From Rhodobacter capsulatus SB 1003 (GTDB lineage Bacteria > Pseudomonadota > Alphaproteobacteria > Rhodobacterales > Rhodobacteraceae), in NCBI RefSeq assembly GCF_000021865.1, contig NC_014034.1, positions 2,400,001 to 2,432,000 of the forward strand: a stretch of 32,000 nt of DNA, given 5' to 3'. A program made the position numbers and the translations under genes. The notes under the pieces are model-generated. The model ran no database searches. It was not told the DNA's origin and saw only the letters and a program-made list of their open reading frames with translations. Shown piece by piece: positions 1 to 7,892 of the stretch; position 1 is the stretch's first letter; each line of letters begins with the position of its first letter.

Positions 1-121
1 CAAAGCGGACGCGCCAGCCCTGGCGGGCAAGATCGGCGGCAAGGATGTCCAGACCGGTCTCGGTCAGTTCCCAATATCTTGGGCGGCGGGTTGTCAGATA
101 CAACAGCAGCTTGGCAATCAT
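1..121 (-). CDS. Hypothetical protein, first 40 codons only (MIAKLLLYLTTRRPRYWELTETGLDILAADLARQGWRVRF...); continues past the left edge
   Basis: ATG at 121 on the minus strand is preceded by a GGGGGAG Shine-Dalgarno-like run. The frame is open to the window edge. GC3 is only moderate and the fragment is too short for a family call. Confidence 0.3.
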   Translation of the reverse strand, partial: MIAKLLLYLTTRRPRYWELTETGLDILAADLARQGWRVRF

Positions 122-217
122 GGGCTCCCCCGGAAGGATCAACGGGATGTCGCAGGCGCTGCCCCGCGCCGGAACCGAGGCGGGAACGGATCCCCGAACG
201 GGCGTCCCCGCGCCGGA

Positions 218-406
218 TCAGCCTTGCGGGGGCAGCGATTTCACTACGATCCGCCACAGCCGCGGATCGCGGTTTTGCAGGAAATGGCGGCGGGCTTCCT
301 CGGGATCATGGGTGAACCGGGTCTGCACCCGACCGCCGACGCGATGCGGCTGATCGGTGCGGGTGTCCACCATGGTCACGACGTAAAGCGGGGCGGCGGC
401 CGTCAT
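218..406 (-). CDS. Small hypothetical protein, 62 aa (MTAAAPLYVVTMVDTRTDQPHRV...)
   Basis: Its ATG overlaps the stop of the upstream ORF in an ATGA junction at 403-406, suggesting translational coupling. No recognisable family. Confidence 0.4.
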   Translation of the reverse strand: MTAAAPLYVVTMVDTRTDQPHRVGGRVQTRFTHDPEEARRHFLQNRDPRLWRIVVKSLPPQG

Positions 407-657
407 GCGAGGCCCCACAGCGCCAGACCGCCCCCGGCAAGGATCACGCCCGCCGCCGCCAGCCGCCACGCAAGCGGATCAGACCGGCCGGGCGCCCTTG
501 TCAGTTCCCGCTCCGACCGCGCCGCCCGGCAATGCATCGCGGCCTCCTCGAACGGGTCGATACCCCAGGATTCGGCGGTGCGCAGCGGCGCGGCGAACTG
601 CATCGGCAGCAGCCTGACCGGCTGGCGACGGGAGGGGATCGGCAGGGCATGTGTCAT
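403..657 (-). CDS. Hypothetical protein, 84 aa, with a C-terminal hydrophobic segment (WRLAAAGVILAGGGLALWGLA)
   Basis: ATG at 657. The hand-read codons are almost all G/C-ending. AAAGGA Shine-Dalgarno about 8 nt upstream, with an AT-rich promoter-like region upstream (660-850). Confidence 0.5.
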   Translation of the reverse strand: MTHALPIPSRRQPVRLLPMQFAAPLRTAESWGIDPFEEAAMHCRAARSERELTRAPGRSDPLAWRLAAAGVILAGGGLALWGLA

Positions 658-690
658 GACGGATCCTTTCGGGTGCAGGCGTCGGAACAG

Positions 691-718
691 GATAAATACT
701 CTATCGGAACGGTCGTCT
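691..718 (-). promoter_or_regulatory. Operator/promoter-like motif, copy D (minus orientation): AGACGA-N7-GATAGA-GT-ATTTATC
   Basis: Same architecture as the copies at 981-1007 and 22004-22030 (ACGA-N7-GATAGA-N1-2-ATTWATC). It ends 33 nt upstream of the ATG at 657. Confidence 0.4.
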
Positions 719-980
719 TTACAAGGGAATAATCTCGTCCAATTCAGTCGTTATTTAGCAGATTGTTCCCCGACCGCACCGGAACGGCCCGCCAGGACAG
801 GCGAAGATCTGCGTGCAAGCTATTGTTTTTAAATCACGATCAGAGATCGCATTGCACGGCCCCGCGATCCGCGACGGGCGGGCCGGGCGGCGGCATCGGC
901 GCCACCGGGAACAGCTTCCTGCCCCGGCGCCGCAAAAGGGCAGGATCTTCTCTTTCCGCGCCGGTCTTTGGAACCACCAA

Positions 981-1007
981 TCACGACAGATGTGATAGAC
1001 ATTAATC
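981..1007 (+). promoter_or_regulatory. Operator/promoter-like motif, copy A: TCACGA-N7-GATAGA-C-ATTAATC
   Basis: 21 of 27 positions are identical to 22004-22030, with identical spacing. It ends 26 nt upstream of the ATG at 1034. Confidence 0.4.
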
Positions 1008-1033
1008 AACGCAACCCGACCGCAGAGGTTCCC

Positions 1034-1582
1034 ATGATCAAGACGCTGCTCGTTCCGGGCCTTGACGGCTCGCCCGCACCGCATTGGCAGGACTGGTGGG
1101 CCGCCACCGACCCGACCGCGCTGATGGTCGACCTGCCCTGCCCCGACCGGCCGATGCCCGATCTGTGGGAGGCGGAACTGGCGGGCATGGTGCTGCAACA
1201 CCCGAATGCGGTGCTGGTCGGCCACAGCCTGGGCGCGGTTCTGGTGGCGCGTCTGTTGTCGAAATGGCCGCAGATCGAGGTCCGGGCGGCGATGTTCGTC
1301 GCCCCCGCCGACACCCGCGGCGCCCGCCGGATCGGCCATTTCGGCTCGCCCTCGCGCCGGGCGCTGCCGGTGCCCAGCCTGCTCGTCGCCTCGCGCAACG
1401 ACCCCTGGATGAGCTTTGCCCGCGCCAGCGAACTGGCCACGGCCTGGGGCTCGGAACTGGTCGATCTGGGCGCGGCCGGTCACATCAATGTCGCCGCCGG
1501 TTTCGGCCCCTGGCCCGCGGGCAAGGCGCTGCGCGACCGGCTGCTTGGCCGCCTGACCCGCCCGGTGGAGAAAAGCGCATGA
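1034..1582 (+). CDS. Alpha/beta serine hydrolase, RBBP9/YdeN-like (Ser_hydrolase family)
   Basis: About 180 aa, with a GHSLG nucleophile elbow, a downstream NDPW Asp and a C-terminal GHIN His. The MIKTLLVPGLDGSP...HW N-terminus is typical of this family. AGAGG Shine-Dalgarno before the ATG at 1034. Confidence 0.8.
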   Translation: MIKTLLVPGLDGSPAPHWQDWWAATDPTALMVDLPCPDRPMPDLWEAELAGMVLQHPNAVLVGHSLGAVLVARLLSKWPQIEVRAAMFVAPADTRGARRIGHFGSPSRRALPVPSLLVASRNDPWMSFARASELATAWGSELVDLGAAGHINVAAGFGPWPAGKALRDRLLGRLTRPVEKSA

Positions 1583-1683
1583 GACAGCTGTTCTGGCGCC
1601 CGCCCACCCTGCGCGACCGGCTGCTGCTTGGCCTGCTTCTGGCGGGCTGGGCGGGGCTGATCGTCGCCATCTTCCTGCAGTGA
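1579..1683 (+). CDS. Small membrane peptide, 34 aa (MRQLFWRPPTLRDRLLLGLLLAGWAGLIVAIFLQ)
   Basis: ATGA overlap with the hydrolase stop codon. 30 of 33 codons end in G/C. One clear transmembrane helix. Confidence 0.45.
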   Translation: MRQLFWRPPTLRDRLLLGLLLAGWAGLIVAIFLQ

Positions 1684-1699
1684 CCCGAAGGAGACCGAC

Positions 1700-1816
1700 A
1701 TGCTCGACGGACGCCTCGACCCCGACCTGATCCGTCTTCTGGCCCCGCGCGCCGGGGACTTCCGCCCGCTGCCGCGCTGGCTGGCCCGGCTGCTGACCGG
1801 CCGGGGGCGGGCATGA
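1700..1816 (+). CDS. Small basic protein, 38 aa (MLDGRLDPDLIRLLAPRAGDFRPLPRWLARLLTGRGRA)
   Basis: Strong GAAGGAGA Shine-Dalgarno 6 nt upstream of the ATG at 1700. High GC3. Its stop overlaps the next ATG (ATGA at 1813-1816). Confidence 0.5.
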   Translation: MLDGRLDPDLIRLLAPRAGDFRPLPRWLARLLTGRGRA

Positions 1817-3150
1817 CCGCCGCGCCCCCGCTTCGTCGGCATGTGCTGGTCATCGGCGGCGGCGCCTCGGGCGTGCTGATGGCCTGTCACCTGCTGCGCG
1901 CCGCCCCCGAAACCCGCGTCACCCTGATCGAGCGCGGCCCCCGCATCGGCCTTGGACTGGCCTATGCGACCGAGGACCCGGATCATCTGCTGAACACAAG
2001 GGTGCTCAACATGAGCGCCCTGCCCGAGGATCCCGAACATTTCCTGCGCTGGCTCTGGCAGGCGAACCGGTCCGTCTCGGGGGCCTCCTTCGTGTCGCGC
2101 GCGACCTATGGGCGCTATCTGGAAAGCCTGCTGGCGCCCTGGGCGGCCGGGCCGCGGCTGCGGCTGGTGCAGGCCGAGGCGGTGCGGCTGACCGAGGCGC
2201 CGCCGGGCCGGGTGACGCTGAGGCTGGACGATGGCCAGACGCTGATCGCCGATCACGCGATCCTGGCCACCGGCCATCCCCGCCCCGAGGCGGTGCGGGG
2301 GCTGCAGGCCGATGTGAGGCTGCTGGATCTGGAACCCGGCGTGCCGGTGGCGATCCTTGGCACCGGGCTGAGCATGGTGGATCAGGTGACGACGCTGCTG
2401 AAATCCGGCCATCGCGGCCCGATCTTCGCGCTGTCGCGCCGGGGCTTGCTGCCGCGCGTGCATGGGCCGGGAACGCCGCTGGCCACTTCGCTGGGCGAGG
2501 TGCCGCTGGGCGCCCCCGCCTCGGTGCTGCTGCACTGGCTGCGTCGGCAGGTGCGCCGCGCCGAGATCGCGGGCGGCACCTGGCGCGATGCGATCGACGG
2601 GCTGCGGCCGCATGTGCAGGGGATCTGGAGCGCCCTGCCCGAGCCCGAACGCGCCCGTGCCCTGCGCCACGCCGCCGCCTGGTGGGAGGTGCACCGCCAC
2701 CGCATGCCGCCCGAAACCGCCCGCCACATCGCCAGCGCCCGGCAAAGCGGTCAGCTGCAGATCCTGCGCGGCGCCTTTGACCGGGTCACGCCGCATCCCT
2801 GCGGGGTCTGGCTGCAGTACCGCCCCTATCGGGAAACCGGCACCACCGCGCTGAACCTGGCCGCCGTGATCGATTGCCGCGGCGTGCGGCGCGATCCCGA
2901 AATCGGCGCGGGCCCGCTTCTGCGGCATCTGCTTGACGACGGGCTGGCGCAGATCGACCCGCTGCGGCTCGGCCTGGTCACCGACCGCAGCGGCCGGATT
3001 GTCAGCCGCGCGGGCACCACCAGCCGCGTCCTGCAGGCGATCGGTCCCGCCGCGCGCGCCGCCCTGTGGGAAATCACCGCCATCCCCGACATCCGCAGCC
3101 AGACCGCCCGGATCGCCGCCGAACTGTCGCACAGCCCCGCCCGCAGCTGA
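1813..3150 (+). CDS. FAD/NAD(P)-binding oxidoreductase (YdhS-like, NAD_binding_9-type)
   Basis: N-terminal dinucleotide-binding motif VLVIGGGASGV. A second Rossmann-like stretch VAILGTGLSMVD. 445 aa, translationally coupled to the upstream micro-ORF. Confidence 0.8.
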   Translation: MTAAPPLRRHVLVIGGGASGVLMACHLLRAAPETRVTLIERGPRIGLGLAYATEDPDHLLNTRVLNMSALPEDPEHFLRWLWQANRSVSGASFVSRATYGRYLESLLAPWAAGPRLRLVQAEAVRLTEAPPGRVTLRLDDGQTLIADHAILATGHPRPEAVRGLQADVRLLDLEPGVPVAILGTGLSMVDQVTTLLKSGHRGPIFALSRRGLLPRVHGPGTPLATSLGEVPLGAPASVLLHWLRRQVRRAEIAGGTWRDAIDGLRPHVQGIWSALPEPERARALRHAAAWWEVHRHRMPPETARHIASARQSGQLQILRGAFDRVTPHPCGVWLQYRPYRETGTTALNLAAVIDCRGVRRDPEIGAGPLLRHLLDDGLAQIDPLRLGLVTDRSGRIVSRAGTTSRVLQAIGPAARAALWEITAIPDIRSQTARIAAELSHSPARS

Positions 3151-3453
3151 GCTGGCCAAAGCCGACTTGGAAAAGCCGAAACGGCGGGCCAGCACCACGC
3201 CCCCGCGACCCCCGCCGTCCGGTTTGCGCCGCCCCGATCCCTCCGGGGCGGCGGTTTCATCTGGCCCGGATCGCCGAGTCCCGATCGACGGGACAAGATC
3301 GACGGGCGAAACCCTCTTCTCCGGCCCGGCCGCAAAAGGGAATTTTCCGCCCCTCCGGCGCCTTAAAAAACACGCTCGAATTTATCGTCTTTTTGCCGTC
3401 CCTCTGCCATTCTGGCCTGACACCGTGCAACCTGCGTTCAGGAAAGGTCCGTC

Positions 3454-4005
3454 ATGTCCCGTCAGGAAATCCTGCCCCCCGAGCTGCATCTGCCCGAGCT
3501 GCGCAGTGACGCGCCGCCCGCGCTGTCGAAACTGGAACGGCGCATGGTGCTGGCCTTCGTAGAGCGGCTGCTGAGCGCCGAGGGCCAGCCCGCCCCCTTC
3601 TTCACCCTGCTGCGCCAGACCGATGCCGCGCTGGCCGCGCTGATCGGCGCCGAGGCGGCCTCGGCGGCGCGGCCCGGTCCCTATGGCCGCTTCCCGCCGG
3701 GACCGCTGCGCGCCGAGGATCTGGACGGTCCGCCCTGGCGGATCCCGCCCGCGCTTTGCGCGCGGGTGGGCGAGCGGCTCTCGGTGGCGCTTGAATTCGC
3801 CTATCTGCTGGTGATGCATCCGGGCGATCTGCGCCGCGAAAGCCTGCTGGCGCTGAGCACCGGCGGCTGGAGCCCCGAAGGGATCGGCGCCCTGGCCGAG
3901 CAGATCGGCGCCGTCGCCAGCCAGACCCGGACCCTGGCAGAGCTGCACACCGCCGCCAGATCCGTCAGCACCCGACATGCCCCGGGCCGGACCCGGCTGC
4001 ACTGA
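3454..4005 (+). CDS. Hypothetical protein, 183 aa
   Basis: ATG preceded by an AGGAAAGG Shine-Dalgarno. High GC3 over the codons read by hand. No recognisable motif. Confidence 0.55.
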   Translation: MSRQEILPPELHLPELRSDAPPALSKLERRMVLAFVERLLSAEGQPAPFFTLLRQTDAALAALIGAEAASAARPGPYGRFPPGPLRAEDLDGPPWRIPPALCARVGERLSVALEFAYLLVMHPGDLRRESLLALSTGGWSPEGIGALAEQIGAVASQTRTLAELHTAARSVSTRHAPGRTRLH

Positions 4006-4222
4006 CCCATCCCCCCGAGACGCTGGCCCAGCATGTCGGCTGGCGCGCCGATGCCGCCACCGGCGGCGGCGCTGTTTTCGCGCTCCGAGCTGGGCACATC
4101 TCCCCCCGGATCATGAAACCGACGACGGATGTGCCGGAAAGGCGGGTCGCGGGCTTGAAAACTCAACGACATCCGGACCGATCCGGATCAGGCGCTGACG
4201 GCGCAGTAAGCCGCCGCACCGC

Positions 4223-4262
4223 AAAAACCCCCCTTCCGCGACCGGAAGGGGGGGGCATTTTT
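4223..4262. terminator. Bidirectional intrinsic terminator between convergent genes
   Basis: Perfect 11-bp stem CCCCCCTTCCG/CGGAAGGGGGG (4228-4238 / 4243-4253) with loop CGAC. It is flanked by AAAAA upstream and a T-rich tract (CATTTTT) downstream, so each strand sees a U-tract. Confidence 0.7.
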
Positions 4263-4294
4263 CGTCAAGCATTTGCGGGAGGTTGCCGCGGGGC

Positions 4295-5614
4295 CTATTC
4301 GGCCACGCGCGCAAAAACCGGCGGCACCGGGGCCCGGCTTCGCAGGGCAAGGGCCGCCTGCGGCGCGGGCGCAAGCGCCAAAAGCAGCGCCGCAAGGACC
4401 CGCTCCGCCCCCGCCCGCCCGCTCAGACCGGCCCCCAGCACCTCGAGCCCCGGGGCCGCGCCCAGAACGACGGGGCAAAGCCCCCGCGCCGCCGCGATCG
4501 CCGCCGCGGAGGCACCCCCGAGCACCAGATCGGCGCCGCTCTCGTCCAGAAGCCGCGCCAGATCCGCCCTGTCCGCGGCGCAGGTCAGGCCGGTATCGGC
4601 CAGGGGCGCCCGGACCCCCTCGGGCGGGCTGTCGGTCAGGATCGCGCGCACCGGCCAGCCCAGCGTCCCGGCCAGAAACCGCGCCAGCGCCCCGGCGCGC
4701 AGGCTGCCATCGGCCACCACGACCCGGCGCGGCGCCAGCACCGCCAGCCGCTCCAGCACCGCATCGAAACGCCAGCCCTGCTGCGCCCGTTCGCGCGCCA
4801 GACTGCCCTCGGCGCCCGCGTCAAGCGGATGACCGAGGCGGTCGGAAAGCCTCCGCACCAGAGCCTCCGCCGCCTCGGCCCCCACCGGCAGCCCGTCCGC
4901 CACGAGCACCGGGATCCCATGCCGCGCCGCCAGCACCTCGGCGGGCGCCGTGCCCCAGGGCGAGAGCACAAGGCTCAGCGCCGCCCCCGCCGCCGCTTCG
5001 AGCGACGCCAGACCGCCCTCGGGGCCGAAGATCGGATTGGCCGCAAGGCCGACCCCCTCCAGCAGCCGCGACAGCGTCTCGATCTCGGCCAGCCAGCCCG
5101 GATCCAGCCCGGGGGCGATGCCGAACAGGTTCACCAGCGGCCGGTCGGCACGGGTCGGCGCGGGCGCGAGCTGGGCCAGAAGACCGGCCAGCAGCCGGGC
5201 ATGGCCCTCATGCGCGGGGCCGTGAAACCCGGCCGTCGGCACCGCCACCACTCGCTCGCCCTGCGCCGTCAGCTCCTTCACCATGGCGCCGACATCATCG
5301 CCGATCATCTCGGCCGGGCAGCCGGTCAGCACCGCCAGCATCCCGCCCTCGAGCACCGCAAGGGCGTTCTTCATCTCCTCGCGCAGCCGCGAGGTGCCGC
5401 CAAAGACCACATGCTTGTCGGCCATGTTGGTCGCGGCGATGCGCGGCAATCCGGGCGGCGCACCATAGCGCCCGCCGCCGGCCGAAAGCCCCGCCCGCAG
5501 CGCGCAGCCGGGGGTGGAATGGACGACGACCGTGACCCCGGGGATCGCCGCCGCCGTGTGAAGCGCGCCGTGCAAGGCGCAGCCACCAAAGGGAAAAATC
5601 GCCGGGCGACCCAT
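4295..5614 (-). CDS. isrK: Nitrogenase-like component 1, NifK/NifN-like subunit (isrK/nflK-type)
   Basis: Oxidoreductase/nitrogenase component-1 signatures: HSTPGC and LTGCPAEMIGDD, plus an extra N-terminal FGGCALHG. The start overlaps the D-subunit stop (TGATG at 5612-5616). Confidence 0.85.
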   Translation of the reverse strand: MGRPAIFPFGGCALHGALHTAAAIPGVTVVVHSTPGCALRAGLSAGGGRYGAPPGLPRIAATNMADKHVVFGGTSRLREEMKNALAVLEGGMLAVLTGCPAEMIGDDVGAMVKELTAQGERVVAVPTAGFHGPAHEGHARLLAGLLAQLAPAPTRADRPLVNLFGIAPGLDPGWLAEIETLSRLLEGVGLAANPIFGPEGGLASLEAAAGAALSLVLSPWGTAPAEVLAARHGIPVLVADGLPVGAEAAEALVRRLSDRLGHPLDAGAEGSLARERAQQGWRFDAVLERLAVLAPRRVVVADGSLRAGALARFLAGTLGWPVRAILTDSPPEGVRAPLADTGLTCAADRADLARLLDESGADLVLGGASAAAIAAARGLCPVVLGAAPGLEVLGAGLSGRAGAERVLAALLLALAPAPQAALALRSRAPVPPVFARVAE

Positions 5615-6969
5615 CAGCGCACCTCCTGCTTGATATGCCAGTCTGGGCTGCGTTTCAGCCAGCCCGGGGTATAGCCCGGCCGCGCGTTTTGCACCGCGCT
5701 GCGGACCAGGGCCCAGCGGGCAAGGGCGATGTCGACCGCCTCTGTCAGCACCTCCGGGGCCGCCGCGCCGATCAGCCGCGCCGGGTCCAGCACCGCGGCG
5801 GGCAGACCCTGCCGCAGCGCCACCACCACCGCATCGCCCGCGCCCAGCAGCAGATCGGGCGCAGTGCGGCGCAGCAGGCCCGCCAGTTCAAAACCCTGCC
5901 CCTCGCCGACATGGATCTGCAGATCCGGCCAGCGCTCGGCCAGGCTGCCCAGCGCCGCGGCATGGCTGCGATCGAGATGCGGCACCGAGAGCACCGCCAC
6001 CGTCCCGCCCAGATCGCCGATCAGCTCTGCCGCGGCCAGCCCCCAGGCCGTGGGCAAGGCCAGCGCGAAGCGCCGCCCCGCAAGCGGTTCGGACAAGGGG
6101 CGCGGCGGTGCAGGCGGAACCGCCACCCCCCCCAGCGCCGCGACCCGGCGCAGCACCGCCACCGTCGCCTGCGCCCCCAGGGGCAGCGCGACATCAAGCC
6201 GGGTCACGCCAAAGCGCGTCTCCAGCCCCTCGGCGAAAAGACCAAGCAGATCGGGCGCCAGAACGAGGCTTGCCTCGGCCCGGCCCGCAAGGGCGATCTC
6301 GGCGACGCGCGCCCCCGCGGGCAGGATGTTCACCCGCCAGCCCAGCCCTTCGATCTGGCCCGCCAGCGCCGCAAGCTCCGGGCTGCGGGTGCTGGTGAGC
6401 AGGTTCAAAAGCCCCGGTTCGCGCGGGCCGTTCTGCGTCTCGACCAGCTGCAAAAGCGCCTCTGCCGCCGCATCGCCCCCGGTCGCGGGCACGGCCGAGC
6501 GGACCCCCTCGGTGCGGACCCAGACCACCGGCTTGCCCAGCTCCGGGCCAAGCGCCGCCACGGTGGCGCGGATGTCGTCGGAATTGATCGCGACGACCGG
6601 GCTGCCCAAGACCGCGATCGCCGCCACCGGGCAGGCGGCATCCAGCGCGCGGAGGGTTTCCGCCAGCACCTCGCCCGAGCCGAGCACGGTGTCGCGCTGA
6701 TCAAGATCGGTCACCGCCAGCGGCGCGGGCCCGGGGGCACGGACGCCACAGCCGCGCGGCCCGTGCACGACAAGACCCAGATCGGGGATTTCCGACAGGA
6801 TCGCCAGCGCCGGGCGCAGATCGTCGGGGGCGGCTTCGCTGAAGCTGCGGATCCGCCGCGGCGGCGTGCCCGCGGCGAATTCGGCCGCCAGATCGGCGGC
6901 GCGGCCAAGAAAGGCCTGGGTCGCCTCGGCCCGGGTCTCGCGCGGCTCCAGTCTGGGACGACGGGCCAT
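5614..6969 (-). CDS. isrD: Nitrogenase-like component 1, NifD/NifE-like subunit (isrD/nflD-type)
   Basis: HGPRGCG motif and overall NifD/BchN-like layout. The ATG at 6969 lies 1 nt after the NifH-like TAA stop, with GGAG upstream, and is preferred over the ORF-track start at 7008. Only two Cys in the whole protein. Confidence 0.85.
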   Translation of the reverse strand: MARRPRLEPRETRAEATQAFLGRAADLAAEFAAGTPPRRIRSFSEAAPDDLRPALAILSEIPDLGLVVHGPRGCGVRAPGPAPLAVTDLDQRDTVLGSGEVLAETLRALDAACPVAAIAVLGSPVVAINSDDIRATVAALGPELGKPVVWVRTEGVRSAVPATGGDAAAEALLQLVETQNGPREPGLLNLLTSTRSPELAALAGQIEGLGWRVNILPAGARVAEIALAGRAEASLVLAPDLLGLFAEGLETRFGVTRLDVALPLGAQATVAVLRRVAALGGVAVPPAPPRPLSEPLAGRRFALALPTAWGLAAAELIGDLGGTVAVLSVPHLDRSHAAALGSLAERWPDLQIHVGEGQGFELAGLLRRTAPDLLLGAGDAVVVALRQGLPAAVLDPARLIGAAAPEVLTEAVDIALARWALVRSAVQNARPGYTPGWLKRSPDWHIKQEVR

Positions 6970-6970
6970 C

Positions 6971-7843
6971 TTACGCGCTCCGCGCCGCGGCGGCGCGTTC
7001 GGCGCCAAAGATCCGGTCGCCCCAGTCCCGCGCCCAATCCTTCAGATCGGGACCGTTGAGGGGCTTCGGCAGCCGGGTTTCCAGATCCCCCGTCACGCGC
7101 CGCGCCAGTTTGCGGTAGATCTCGGCCTGATCGGAATAGGGCGCGGCCTCGATCACCGTCTGGCCGTAAAGCTCGGCCTGCGCGACGTCGACGGACCGGG
7201 GCACATAGCCCACCACCTCGGTGCCGGTGCGATGGGCGAAATCGTCGATCAGCCCGCGGGCATGATCCAGCTGCAGGCTGTTGGCGATGATGCCGCCCAG
7301 CCGCGCCCCGCCCGAGGGCGCATATTTGTCGATCGCCTTGAAGAGATTGTTGGCGGCAAAGATCGCCATGAAATCGGAACTGGTGACGACAAAGGCGCGG
7401 TCCGCGATGCCGTCGCGGATGGGCACGGCAAAGCCGCCGCAGACGACATCGCCCAGCACGTCATAAAGCACATAATCGGGGGCGAAGGTCTCGAAGACGC
7501 GCAGCTCTTCGAGCAGATCGACCGCGGCCGAGATGCCGCGCCCGGCGCAGCCCACCCCCGGCACCGGCCCGCCCGCCTCGATGCACAGAACGCCCCAGAA
7601 ACCGACGGCGGAAATGTCTTCCAGCTTCGGTTTGCGGGCACGGTCGCGCAGGCTGTCCAGCACGGTGGGCAGTTCTGCCCCGCCGCGCAGGATGGTGGTG
7701 GAATCCGATTTCGGATCGCAACCCACCTGAATGACGCGGTGGCCCGCTTCGGCCAAGGCGGCGGCGATGTTCGAGGTGGTGGTGGATTTGCCGATGCCAC
7801 CCTTGCCGTAAATGGCGATGTGGCGGGGGGTCTGGATGCTCAC
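6971..7843 (-). CDS. isrH: NifH/BchL-family ATP-dependent Fe protein (isrH/nflH-type)
   Basis: P-loop GKGGIGKST. Both [4Fe-4S] ligand contexts are present (GVGCAGRG and DVLGDVVCGGFA). GTG start at 7843 with AAGGA 8 nt upstream. Confidence 0.93.
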   Translation of the reverse strand: MSIQTPRHIAIYGKGGIGKSTTTSNIAAALAEAGHRVIQVGCDPKSDSTTILRGGAELPTVLDSLRDRARKPKLEDISAVGFWGVLCIEAGGPVPGVGCAGRGISAAVDLLEELRVFETFAPDYVLYDVLGDVVCGGFAVPIRDGIADRAFVVTSSDFMAIFAANNLFKAIDKYAPSGGARLGGIIANSLQLDHARGLIDDFAHRTGTEVVGYVPRSVDVAQAELYGQTVIEAAPYSDQAEIYRKLARRVTGDLETRLPKPLNGPDLKDWARDWGDRIFGAERAAAARSA

Positions 7844-7868
7844 GGGGCTGTCCTTTCAGGGGCGGAAA

Positions 7869-7888
7869 GGGGGCGGCGCACCGCCCCC
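7869..7888 (-). other. Intercistronic GC-rich stem-loop between the radical-SAM-like gene and the NifH-like gene
   Basis: 8-bp stem GGGGGCGG/CCGCCCCC with loop TGCG on the minus strand, followed only by TTTCC. The U-tract is too short for a strong terminator. Confidence 0.4.
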
Positions 7889-7892
7889 GCAA

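Noticed and set aside
1480-3198. 572-aa minus-strand ORF overlapping the FAD-oxidoreductase gene
   Set aside because: It is a shadow ORF opposite a gene with a clear dinucleotide-binding motif and coupled start, and it has no recognisable domain.
4295-7843. Possibility that the H/D/K genes are a genuine nitrogenase (nifHDK, vnf or anf) or DPOR/COR
   Set aside because: The D subunit has only two Cys and no FeMo-co ligand candidates. No nifENB or bch neighbours are present, and the genomic context is sulfonate metabolism.
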